The notes below the pieces were generated by a model, which had not been told where the DNA came from, did no database searches, and was given only the letters and a program-made list of their open reading frames with translations. The position numbers were made by a program, and so were the translations under genes. A stretch of 64,000 nucleotides of DNA. Source: Octopus bimaculoides (lineage: Eukaryota). Below, in pieces: positions 1 to 11,594 of the stretch. The stretch covers positions 37,572,307 through 37,636,306 of the forward strand of contig NC_068984.1 in NCBI RefSeq assembly GCF_001194135.2, read 5' to 3'. How positions within the stretch are numbered: position 1 is the stretch's first letter; each line of letters begins with the position of its first letter.

Positions 1-510
1 TTTTGGGTTGTTGTTTCGGTTATAGTTCTAAGTACAAATGTAAGTGATGCAAACTTATGCGTCTGGATTTGCAATTAGAACTGCAACAGTAATCTGTCCA
101 CGACAACTTCTCATGGAGAGGGAGATATTTGTGAAACAAATTTGTAGGAAACTGATATTTCATGACCAATCAGAGAACCAGAGATTCTTAATATCTCTAA
201 AATGTTGACAGAAATGTATATTGTTTCCTTGTGCACAAACCCACCACACACACGCACACATACATACACATGTATATGCATATACATATACATGATGAAT
301 ATGTGTGCAAAAACTGCATATATAAATATATAAACATATACTTGTATATGCATACATATACCTATACAATTATATATGTGCGTGTGTATGTGTGTGTCTG
401 TCTTCTGTCTNNNNNNNNNNNNNNNNNNNNNNNNNNNNNNNNNNNNNNNNNNNNNNNNNNNNNNNNNNNNNNNNNNNNNNNNNNNNNNNNNNNNNNNNNN
501 NNNNNNNNNN

Positions 511-553
<43 letters not shown>

Positions 554-796
554 GGCACCGCGCACATCCTTCGTAAAACACTAATCGATGCATCAATACC
601 AACAGATAACAACGTTTCTCTAAAAGAAACGGAATAACTTTCAAAATACAGGGATCTGGAATTAGAGGTAAGTTGAATGTGGAGCCGCTCGAATACACCG
701 GATGGTACTCGAAAAATAAAGGGTATTACCTTAGTTCACTGATAGTGAACAGTTGGTACCGTAGTACATCTCCAGAGTTAGAGGGTGTGCAAAGAC

Positions 797-853
<57 letters not shown>
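511..853. repeat. (AAT)n arrays at 511-553 and ~797-853
   Basis: Direct reading. Confidence 0.97.
554..682 (+). mobile_element. Scrambled fragments of an R4/Dong-type non-LTR retrotransposon C-terminus (REL endonuclease)
   Basis: Directly after (AAT)n it reads GTAHILRKTL (ORF end motif), then IDASIPTDNNVSLKETE*LSKYRDLELEVS*MW (REL motif that normally lies upstream of it). Confidence 0.8.
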
Positions 854-1812
854 TCCAAACTAAAACTAGAACAGCAACGGACCATGATAAAACGATGGCA
901 AGAAAAGCCCCTACATGGTAAATACTGGGCTAAACTAAATGCAAAAGAAATAGACAGAGAAAAATCCCAGCAATGGTTGAGAAGCTCAGGACTCAAAGCA
1001 GAGACTGAAGGATTTTTAATTGCTGCACAAGACCAAAGCCACCCCACCAGAAATTACCAAAAACATATAATGAAAAGAAACATAACAAGTAACTGTAGAA
1101 TATGTGGAGATGGACAAGAAACAATAAATTATATTATCTATGGCTGCCCAGTCCTGGCTAAGAAGGAATATATTCACAGACACGNNNNNNNNNNNNNNNN
1201 NNNNNNNNNNNNNNNNNNNNNNNNNNNNNNNNNNNNNNNNNNNNNNNNNNNNNNNNNNNNNNNNNNNNNNNNNNNNNNNNNNNNNNNNNNNNNNNNNNNN
1301 NNNNNNNNNNNNNNNNNNNNNNNNNNNNNNNNNNNNNNNNNNNNNNNNNNNNNNNNNNNNNNNNNNNNNNNNNNNNNNNNNNNNNNNNNNNNNNNNNNNN
1401 NNNNNNNNNNNNNNNNNNNNNNNNNNNNNNNNNNNNNNNNNNNNNNNNNNNNNNNNNNNNNNNNNNNNNNNNNNNNNNNNNNNNNNNNTACAAAGACCTG
1501 GAAATAGAGGTAACTCGAATGTGGAATCTAAAAACAGAAACAATTCCTATCATAATAGGTGCCTTAGGTATAATTAAAAAAATATTCAGACAAATACATA
1601 ACAAAAACACCAGGACTTACAAATATATATAACATATAGAAAATTGCACTACTGGGCACTGCACACATCCTACGCAAAACACTTTCAATACAGTAACCAT
1701 AAGAGCATCACAGCAAACCACAGCACATACCCAAGGCACACAGAGCTGCGCTCGGTAGTGAAGTGAAAGCACGTTATAAAAATAAAACTACTGAACAATA
1801 ATAATAATAATT
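851..1812 (+). mobile_element. 5'-truncated R4/Dong-type retrotransposon (zinc knuckle + REL endonuclease + 3' UTR), flanked by (AAT)n
   Basis: KRWQEKPLHGKY...WLRSSGLKAETEGFLIAAQDQ...CRICGDGQETINYIIYGCPVLAKKEYIHRH; gap 1185-1488; then YKDLEIEVTRMWNLKTETIPIIIGALG...KIALLGTAHILRKTLSIQ* (stop 1694-1696). The UTR ends in (AAT)n, and (AAT)n also lies on the 5' side. Confidence 0.9.
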
Positions 1813-2710
1813 AAAGTGGTACAGAATGATCTAAATATAAGTCAGGAAAGAAATAACGAAGCAGAGGAGAGGAATGTTGGACCACAAGCATTGATTGAAA
1901 GGCGACCATCTGCCGAAACCACTCAAGAGCCTGAAGAAAAAGGAGAATATAATAACCCTAGGAAAAACATCCAGGAAAATGATTTCGAAACCCAATTTCA
2001 AGACTACATATTTGCTGAACAACACAGAAAATCTATCACTGAAATGAAGCAGGCAGTTCTAAATGAGCTTGCACTTGTAGGGCATACAAATATGAATGAT
2101 AGGGAACCACTCCATAAACTCCCAAATGCACACCAACATAAAACACAAATACAAATTGGCAACTGCGTTACACAAGAAATCATACAACAACTAAAACCTG
2201 GTCTTAATAAGTTAAATGAAATTATTTACTCTGTTGCTAAGGTAATCGAAACACGCTGTTTAACACCAAAAAAGCTAACAATATCAAATTCGAAAATAAA
2301 ATCAAACTGGAGGAGTAGAATTGAAACTGAGATTGAATCATTACGAAGGGAGATATCAATATTAACTGAGCTAATCTCTGGAAATGGTGTAAGATCAAGA
2401 AAAACCAGGAAGATCGTGAGAAAATATGGACTCTCAACAAGAGAAGAACTAATGTCAGCGAATGAAACACTTAAACAAAAAGTTCAAGCAAAAGCTCAGA
2501 GAATGCGCAGATTGAAGAAAAGAATCAAATTCTACAAGCAAAATAAGATGTTCAAATCCAATGCCAAACATTTTACTGGGAAATAGGGAAAGAAAAAATA
2601 ACCATTAAAAATCCACCCCTAATGGAAGAAGTTGAAAACTTTTGGAAAGGGATCTGGAGTGATGAGAAACCATACAATGAAATTGCAGACTGGATCAAAC
2701 ACACTCAAGT
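1813..2710 (+). mobile_element. Pre-RT (N-terminal) fragment of an R4/Dong-type retrotransposon ORF
   Basis: ORF 1816-2586 ends LKQKVQAKAQRMRRLKKRIKFYKQNKMFKSNAK. After a frameshift it continues EEVENFWKGIWSDEKPYNEIADWIK, typical of the region just before RT in this clade. Cut off by a SINE. Confidence 0.8.
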
Positions 2711-2718
2711 GCTGAAAA

Positions 2719-2832
2719 GGTACTTAAGTCGTCGACCCTGACAGGATAAAAGGCAAAGCCGACTTCGGCAGAATTTGTACTCAAATGGTAGACGGGTGAA
2801 ATACTGCGAAACATTCTGTCCGGCGCGCTAAC
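2719..2832 (-). mobile_element. tRNA-type SINE, family A (partial, degenerate)
   Basis: Reverse complement matches the intact family A copy at 6809-7026 (gtcgactttgcctttcatcct module). Confidence 0.75.
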
Positions 2833-3783
2833 AATAACAACAACTATGATGTTGATAATAATAATACTTATTTTCCATATTTAATATGCTTATTTTCCAT
2901 ATAAAATATGAGGACAGTCATTATAGTGGAGTGTCTGCAAAACCAGATGTTTTGGTTCTTGCTCATTATGTCACTATAATGATTGTACGTAAGGACTATA
3001 GAGATGTTTTCTTTAAAGAACGGTAGATGGAATGTTGTGACAGTCATATCCTTTTGAATGATCTCAGTGAATAAAAAATGCTTTTCGTTTGAGAATCGAA
3101 ACCGGAACACTGTTTTAATTCTGGAGTAACTTACCTCTTATCTCTTTCTGTGCTCACTTTCTCCTGAAATTATTTGATGATTTAGAGTCTCATAGATTAC
3201 TTCGTCTTCATATCCTGTGATGTTAGAATTTTTCAAATATGAATAACTGGTTTGCAATATAACGCAATAGATCAAAGAAAACGAATAAAAGTAACTAGAT
3301 TAAAATATTCCCGGATTTCCACTGAAGTAGAATGAATGTCATGCCAAATAGAACTATAAAATTCCATTCATCCTAACTAATGTATGAATGGTATGCTAAG
3401 AATTTAGAATCAGGATAGAAATTCAATGAAATTTTGGTGTTTGCCTTATAATCAGTGTATACAATTGATGACCACTGATCTTGTTGGGAGACGTTCATGA
3501 GTGCAGGACACTTCCGAGGAACTGGCAGTGGAGCTTACTAATTCGTTCTTTGATGAAGATCGACAAGAACAACAACAATCAGACTACTAAAACTTATATG
3601 AAGCAAAATTTTCTCACATTAGCTTGAGAGCTGCTCTGTCGCCAGTAGCTAAGATATTTAACTCGCAGTGAGGCACCAAAGAAGCGATTAGAAAGCTTGC
3701 AGACGACTTTCAGCCATTTATGTCCAAATAATTTTGTCACAGAATGCATTTTAATGTGACGTCATATGACGCACTTCTTCTTC

Positions 3784-5725
3784 TTATTATTATCATTATT
3801 ATTTGTCTGTTTGTTTGTCTATGTACATTGTTGTTGCTTTGTTTTATACGCGCTGCTCCAAGTCTCACCCAAAGACCTCAGATAACAGCAAGTTGGACGT
3901 TTTACTACGGGTATCATTTATGGCTAGCAGTGATACATTGTAGAGGAAGGAAACCAGAATCTAAGAACTAAGATTTTGTTAAAATTTGGAATATTTCAGT
4001 TTTGAAAGAGTTTTTTAAAAATTGAGTATTTTCCAGCTGACAGCGTTTTTCTTAGGATGTGCGGATGAGAACAGTTTTTTGTAATTCTGATACTGTTGGG
4101 CTTCCTGACATTTGGCCATAGTATCTAAGAGCGCCATTTGACATTGTCCCCAAAGTTCCAGTGATTACAGGTACAGTTTTTGTCCTTAGAAGCCAGTTTT
4201 CAAACCTCTATTTCAACAACCTTATATTTACTAGTATTCAAATGTTTTCTTCAGAAGTGTTGCAGTCTGCTGGGATTGGCATATCTATGAGCAAACATGT
4301 TTTGTGAGCGTGAATTTTTACCATAATATCTGCTCTATTCCTGCACTACTTCCAGTGCATTCGCACTATTACTTAGTCATACCGTTTTTGTACTCCTTTT
4401 GGACTAGTTTGAGCATTCACTAATTATATTTCTGTCTCAGATGATTTTTCACAGAGTCTACACAAAGATGATGCTATTGTCTTATCAATGCTACACTTGA
4501 CTTAGATGGTTCGTAAAGCTTGTTCTTTAACAGCAAGAATCAGTTCTTCTGCCCACTTCTTTAAAAAGCCATGTCTGAACCATCTTAGGGGTTCTTTATC
4601 AATTTCCTCCGCTGTTTGTTGGAAAAACTCTCCGTGTAGGACTTCCTTCCAGTTGATGATCTTTCCTCTGTTAGGCCTCATACTGTACTTATGGAGAGTC
4701 TCAACTTTGTCACTCATCAACTTTTCACTCAGTGCAGTCTGAAACATTCTTTCATCACTATTTCTCAGATAAACATGCAAGGACTCGATCTCCTTCACAG
4801 CACTATCCTCTACTCCAACCTGTCCTCTTCCGCCTTCGTTCCTAGGTAAGTAAAGCCTTGCTATGTTACTTCCAGTAAGAAAGAAGCTATACATAGTAAT
4901 CACCTTCCTACTATACATGTTGACCAGTTCTTCCTTTGTCAATTTCACAACTTCTGCGCAGTAACGTATCACACCTGCAGCCTACGCGCTGATGCTTCTA
5001 AGCAGGTTCCCTCCATTCAGCTTAGATTTACACAGCTTTTGAACTCTTCTGGTATATTCAGATGAAACTTGTTCCATCTTGGTGGTCATCGTCTGGACTA
5101 ATAGTAAAACACCAAGAAACGTGTAACCTTCTCCGTTCACTTTTCTTATCCGCTCGTCATCTAGAAGTTGTACTCCACTGCTGTCTACTTTTCGCCCTCT
5201 CTTCTGTTCAATAACAGCTCATTTCTCTATGCCAAATGCCATTTCGATGTCTTGCTCCGTAAAGCTTCATAAACAGCAGGTGATTGATTGGTCTCGTGTT
5301 TTTCCGCAGTTTGTAATCAGCTTCTTTCTTTCTCAGAACAGTAGAGAGTGATACCATGCAAACAATAAGCAGTAAGAGAGACACAGAATCTCTTTGAAAG
5401 ATTCCCCTCCTGATGTTGACTTATCCAATTTCCCTTCTACCGGCAGTCAGAACTGTCTTCCAGTATCTCATACTGTTTTTGGATAATTAAATCATATTTC
5501 TAGCTGTCCCGACTATCTCCAGACATTTCAGAATCCACGAGTGAAGAACTATAAAGAACTATATCATATGCCTTATTATAGTCAATCTAAGCCATTAATA
5601 AGCTTCGTCAACCTTCTTCGATAAATCCATTCCTGCAGCCTTTCCGTTCATCCACTTGCAGTTCATTTCTTTCAAGATGGTTGAACAATTTGTTTCCCTT
5701 TATCCCAGTTAGAAGCTTTCTCATG
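3784..5725 (-). mobile_element. Decayed R4/Dong-type retrotransposon, RT to 3' end
   Basis: Minus-strand pieces include RKLLTGI, MA*IDYNKAYD, ARLYLPRNEGGRGQVGVED, ELILAVKEQALRTI and AHILRKTLS, followed by a UTR ending in an AAT-rich tail at ~3784-3802. Many stops and frameshifts. Confidence 0.85.
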
Positions 5726-5755
5726 AAATGTAGTGCTAGCAACAACAGCAGCAGC

Positions 5756-5757
<2 letters not shown>

Positions 5758-5828
<71 letters not shown>
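5758..5828. repeat. (GTA)n microsatellite
   Basis: Direct reading. Confidence 0.97.
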
Positions 5829-6047
5829 AGGAGGCGTTGCTAGAATAATTAGCGAGTCGGATAAAATATTTAGCAGTATTCCTTCCAGCTCATTACGCTG
5901 AGTTGATCACCGGTGTCGACTATGTCCTTCATCTTTTTGGGGGTCAATAACATAAAACATCAGTTAAATACTAGCGTCGACATAATCGACTTACACCCTC
6001 CCCTCAAAACGACTAGACTTGTGCCAAAATTAAGAAGAATTATTATT
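5829..6047 (+). mobile_element. SINE family A (degenerate, full length)
   Basis: Colinear with 6809-7026; starts directly after (GTA)n and ends in an aagaattattatt tail. Confidence 0.75.
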
Positions 6048-6298
6048 TATATTTTTTACTTCTGACTTCCTCCATCTTAGAGAAAAGTGTAAAGATTTAT
6101 GATTCGTATAAATTTTATCCTCTGTAATTTATGTCAACGTATTAAAACATGTCACTTATCAAAGATTAGTAATATCGATTCCTTTTAAATCGAAGCAAAA
6201 GAAGAGTTGTAACAGAAGACTAAAGTTGATTTAGTTGTTTGTGTTTTCTTACTGATAGTTTCTAAGGAATAGTAGGGTGAAAATACAGTCAAGTACCA

Positions 6299-6436
6299 AA
6301 GTTCAAATTCCGTCGAGGTCTACTTTGTCTTTCATCCTTTCAGGATCGATAAAATAAGTACCAGCTGAGCACTGGGGTCGATGTAATCGACAGTTCCTTC
6401 CCCCGAAATTACTGGGCTTCTACCAAAATTTGAAAC
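6299..6436 (+). mobile_element. SINE family A (3' two-thirds)
   Basis: gttcaaattccgtcgaggtc...gataaaataagtaccagctgagcactggggtcgatgtaatcgac...aaaatttgaaacc. Confidence 0.85.
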
Positions 6437-7290
6437 CATTATTATTGTTGTTGTTATTTCACTTCTCCGAGCTCACGATTTCACTTGCTCCGGTTAATTC
6501 CGTAAGAGCAAACGACTTATTGTCAAGGATTTCCCTGGATCTCTTTCCGTGATATTTAAGATCCAAAGATCCAAGTACCAATCTCAAAACCTTTGCTGTT
6601 CCCAGTAAAACAGTTTTCTGAGCATGTCCATCCCAATTTCTTCAAAACATTTCTCAAACCTGGTTGTTAAGGCTCTAAATGTCCCTTGGAATGACAGTTT
6701 TCTTCATTACCTACATTCATGTAATCTCAGCTTTTTGAGGCTTGGACTTCTCAATCTTTTCCAGTTCTTTATCATTCACTTGTATATCCCCAGGTATCTA
6801 TGACCCTGTAAGGCGGTGAGCTGGCAGAAACGTTAGCACGCCGAGTGAAATGCTTAGCGGTATTTTGCCTGTATTTACGTTCTGAGTTCAAATTCCGCGA
6901 AGGTCGACTTTGCCTTTCATCCTTTCGGGGTCGATAAATTAAGTACCAGTTGCGTACTGGGGTCGATCTAATCGACTTCTCCCCCTCCCACAAAATTTCG
7001 GGCCTTGTGCCTAGAGTAGAAAAGAATATCTATGACCCTGGTTTCCTTCATCGTTTTATCAACAACAAGAATGTCTCGTTTCTGAGCGCCAAACCACTGA
7101 ATCATACTGGATTGTAAAAATCCCACAAGATCTAATACTCATTATTCTCGGTGACGCCTTCTGATTTCTGTTCATACCATTTCAATGTCTTTTTACGACT
7201 GTACTTCTCACACAATCTCCAATGAACATAACTAGCTACGTTATCATACCTTGTTTTGTACTTCTTTTGAACAACAACATACCAACAACT
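6437..7290 (-). mobile_element. R4/Dong-type retrotransposon 3' fragment (REL endonuclease), interrupted by a SINE
   Basis: QKKYKTRYDNVASYVHWRLCEKY...ILWDF...RVID | SINE | IPGDIQVNDKELEKIEK...QKTVLLGTAKVLRLVLGS; AAT/CAA tail at ~6437-6460. Confidence 0.85.
6809..7026 (+). mobile_element. SINE family A, young full-length copy with 14-bp target-site duplication
   Basis: TATCTATGACCCTG at 6795-6808 and 7027-7040. tRNA-like head with B-box GAGTTCAAATTCC. The central module resembles the Meta-type SINE domain (from memory). Confidence 0.92.
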
Positions 7291-7697
7291 GAAGGTGACT
7301 AAGGAAAAGTGGTTTTAAAAGATGCACTGAGGGGTTGAACAACTGCAAAGTGAAAGCGATGCAAGGGCAATGCCCCAGGGAAATGTGTCAATTGGTTACA
7401 GTCTCTCACAATATGTGAGACCGTTTCATTTTTTGTGCCGCACATCTTTCAAAGGGGAAATCCACAACTCTCATCAATTTGGAACTTGGTGTAACTTGTT
7501 CTCAGAGCTTGTTCCTGGGAATTGTATATCAATGCCTCAATGTATCTTTTCAGATAGTTTTTTCCTTGGTCATTTCCAGGTGTTGGTCCTGTAGTTTCCT
7601 TTCATTTCCCTGGGGCATTGCCCTTGCATTGCTTTCACTTTGCAGTTGTTCAGTCCCTCAGTGCATCTTTTCAAACCACTTTTCCTTAGCTACCTTC
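7291..7697. repeat. 95-bp inverted repeat (7291-7385 / 7603-7697) derived from a Dong-type fragment
   Basis: Arms differ at about 6 of 95 positions by manual alignment. Minus strand 7386-7700 reads KAMQGQCPREM...SQEQALRTSYTKFQID...KMCGTKNETVSHIVRDC. Confidence 0.9.
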
Positions 7698-7699
7698 CG

Positions 7700-7700
7700 G

Positions 7701-7770
<70 letters not shown>
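7700..7770. repeat. (GTT)n microsatellite
   Basis: Direct reading. Confidence 0.97.
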
Positions 7771-7851
7771 AAGACGACGAGCTGACAGAATCGGTAGCAC
7801 ACTGAACGAAATGCTTAGCTGCATTTCGTCCGTCCTTACCTCCAAATTCAA
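7770..7851 (+). mobile_element. SINE family A head fragment
   Basis: gacgagctgacagaatcggtagcacactgaacgaaatgcttagc matches the head of 6809-7026; follows (GTT)n. Confidence 0.75.
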
Positions 7852-7918
7852 AAGTTAGTGCTCATGGGAACTGCCCATGTCCTACGTAAAATACTGTCTA
7901 TGTAATCTCAACAACAAC
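7852..7918 (+). mobile_element. Tiny Dong-type 3'-end fragment
   Basis: KLVLMGTAHVLRKILSM* followed by a (CAA) tail. Confidence 0.7.
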
Positions 7919-8125
7919 GCGGCGAACTAGCAGAATCATCAGCGCGTCGGACAAAATGCTTAGCGGCACTTCTTCCGACTCTTTATGCTCTGAGTTCAAA
8001 TATCACCGAGGTCAACTTCATCCTTTCTTGGTAGATAAAATAAGTACCAGTTGAACACTGAGGTCGAGTAAATCGACTTATCCCTTCCCCCGAAATTTCT
8101 GGCCTTGCGTCAAAATTTGAAACCA
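7919..8125 (+). mobile_element. SINE family A (full length)
   Basis: Colinear with 6809-7026; ends gtcaaaatttgaaacc. Confidence 0.85.
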
Positions 8126-9313
8126 TTTTAGTAGTAGCATTATTATTATAGTCAATATTGGATTACCGAATACTGAGTATCATATTCCAGAATATAACTT
8201 GTTACCCTTTATTCCTCTTTTAATAATGGATTAGATCCCGTAGAGAAAAAAAAAAGCAGTTTTATGCAAAATATGAAGAAATCACCTCGGGTTGTATCAT
8301 TTACAATTGCAAAATTATAACCAATTGATTTGATTACAATTTATCACCGATGCTTATTTTACCAACACCGAAGAATAAAATCGATCCCCGACGCCTATTA
8401 AATTCACTGCAGAGACGAAATAAATTATTGTAAAACATGTTTCTTTGTGCTCTAAAGTTTTTGATAGTTCAAGGTTCTTATCAGAAATTTTCACTAAAAA
8501 ATAACTCCAGGACAAACAGAAATCAAGACAGAAGGAGTTGGAAGATGCAGCTAAAATAAATACAAGCCGAAAATTGTGGCTTGCAACATTCCGATCAAAA
8601 TTATGAAATCGATAATGAAAGTCTAAGGAAAATAGTCCGGCCAGTTTTATTATATATTTGTTTTTCTCTATTGTTGTTTTGTTTGCTAAAAAGAAATAAA
8701 AAATTAAACTGGCATAGCTACATTTTGGTTCGTTAAAGGAAAAACTATGTCAGCTTGTTACTCCCAATATATATGATTTACCTACATTAAATTTAAGATC
8801 TCAATTGATGCAACAATAATAACAGTTTACTATGTAGCAGACATAGCTTGTTAATGCCAAATATTACGTTCTCGTTGAAACCTAGGTTAGAAATGGTATT
8901 AATTAAGCAAAAGTAAACGTTAAAAAATGCAAGCATCAGAAATGAAGAGAAAAAAGAAGAATCGCTATGCTTTCCTAAATGATATTACTGAGTACAAAAT
9001 AGTCACTATATTTATGTGATATATGTTTATGCATGTTTGTATATACATATGTCTACATATATGTGTTGGTTGGTGGATGAATTAAAAACCAGAGAGATAA
9101 AAAATGGCGGTAACTTCCTAACTTATATGATTGAAAGTAGAATAACGTGTGTACGCAAGTTTATGCATTTTTTTCTGTTGGAACCTGATGTGAAAGAAAA
9201 GTTACTATTCCTGAGTATGAGTGAGTGTGTGTGAGTTTCTGTGAGTTAATGGTAGACACGGGAGAGACAAGTGCCTTCCAAAATGAGAGAATCTAGCACA
9301 ATATAAGAAATTG

Positions 9314-9314
<1 letters not shown>

Positions 9315-9390
<76 letters not shown>

Positions 9391-9450
9391 TGCGTACGTG
9401 TGCGCGTGTGTGTGTACGTGTACGTGTGCGTGTGTGTGTGTGTGTGTGTG
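9315..9450. repeat. (TG)n compound microsatellite
   Basis: Direct reading. Confidence 0.97.
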
Positions 9451-9589
9451 TTTATAGTAAATAATTCCATTTGTTAATTGCTGTTTACTGTAAATGGTTT
9501 GTTACGATGAAATCGGACAGACGGATGGACGAAGGGAGTGAAGGACGGGGAGAGAGATGGATGGATGAATAGACATATATATATATTTC

Positions 9590-9772
9590 TTCATTTCCCA
9601 CAGAGAGAGAGCTAAACATAGAGGGGACAAACAAGGACAGACAAAGGGATTAAGCCGATTACATCAACCCCAGTGCATAACTGGTACTTATTTAATCGAC
9701 CCCGAAAGGATGAAAGGCAAAGTCGATCTCGGCAGAATTTGAACTCAGAACGTAAAGACAGACGAAATACCG
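9590..9772 (-). mobile_element. SINE family A with alternative 3' tail
   Basis: Reverse complement has the family A core plus the tail ttaatccctttgtctgtccttgtttgtcccctct. Confidence 0.88.
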
Positions 9773-10929
9773 TTAAAATGGTCAGGGTTAGCTCGATAGA
9801 GGAATATATTGATGGAGTATAAAATGTAGATAAACAGAATCAGCACAGACAGACAGACAGACAGACAGAGATCAAGCTATATAAATTGATAAATGAATCG
9901 ATAAACAGATGAATATGCATATAAATAAATATGACTAGAATATTTATTAAATATAAAACATTCATTTTTCTGAAAACTGTACAATTTGAAGACAAATATA
10001 CAATTTAACAGACAGATAGACGAATACCTATCCTACAACTATCGATTATCGTGTATGCAACAAATAATTTTCATTTCGCAGGCAGTTGACTACAATACTG
10101 TTTCGTTTAGTCTACTCTTCTGTCGTTTGCACGTGTCTTACTCCTAAACAGACATTTTTTACTAAATTTGGTAGAGTGATTAACAGTTAATTTTGGAAAG
10201 ATTTTATTCAATTTCAATAATCGCAAAGTAGGAAGAACTTTGAAATTCTATGTAAAAATGGATTTCATAAATACCAGCCCACTCCAAGAAAATAGACGTA
10301 ATATGCACGTATGGATGTATATCTTCTCCGAGATTGAAGTTATTTTCAGAAGCTGATTTAAAACAAAATGACAAGATTATCTTTTTCTATTTGAGTTTAG
10401 GTAGTTTCAGGCATTTAAAGATATGTGAGTGTGTCCTAAAATGTAAGAGTTTGTGTGGATAAACTTTCAGTCATGCAACGTGTGCACATACCTTTTTAGT
10501 ATAGGAATATGTGTCATTAAGCTTTATAGATGTAGGGGTACCATGTGTACTCGTGTGACTACGTACATATGTTCACTGCAGAAAATTCAAATGGAGAACC
10601 TTTGCGATGTTTTACTAACCTTCACTGTAACATTAATCGATTAGATATGGAAGAGAAGAGTAGTTTTGCTTCTTTCTTGGAAAACCGCCACATTGTCCAG
10701 CCTTTTGTGCAAATTTGTTGCTGTATACATCTATGATAATAAGCACAAATGAGAATCTATAGCCTGGATACAAGCTATAGATTCTTATTTGTACATTCTG
10801 TATTAGTTCACCATTGATGTTTTTGTTCGACAACTTTGTACAAAGCGTTCACGTAGACAGGGCAACAAACACCTACAATTCTGCATGATACACATACATA
10901 TAGACATAAATACATACATGCATGTGTAT

Positions 10930-10976
<47 letters not shown>

Positions 10977-11594
10977 AAGAGAGAGAGAAAGAGTGAGGTT
11001 GATGTGTTGCGGTTATATAGGTTTCGTAGGAATCTGATGTTGGATTTATCATTGAATCCAAGACGCTTGTAGATAACGGACTGGTTTCTAATAAAAAATT
11101 TAGCATGAAATTTATGAAGACGGCTATGATTTTTCCCTTTCTACTCCTTAAAACCGTTAAATTTTCGTTTCTGCACAGTGCCTATATGTTGTAGTCCACA
11201 TAGAATAAATAGGCTTGCATGTCATATATCTATCTACTTTCTAGTACCTCGCAAAAGAGTCTAACACGCTTTCATATATACTTTTGTCCCTCATTTGTTG
11301 ATGTTAAATAACAATGAACGTCTAGAATGTGGTAAGTTCTGATCTCGTCGAAGTTGTTTGTTTCAGTACAAACTGCACAGTAACATAAAAGTGAACTTTA
11401 ATGCTAGTTAAAATTTACGATGTCAAATTTTCTCAGGTTTTTAATGTAAATCTACTTGAAGAAATTTGTCACCACATCAGAGGTATTTTTCTATATATTT
11501 GATCTTCTCGATGTCTAGCTTTTGCGGAGATGGGTCTAGTATTTGCAAACAGGGCCTTGTTCATTTTAACAGGGTTGATTAGTCTACACTTCAG

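Noticed and set aside
1813-5725. Twin-priming 5' inversion linking the plus-strand N-terminal fragment and the minus-strand RT element
   Set aside because: The N-terminal fragment faces the 3' end of the second element, not its 5' end, so the geometry does not fit.
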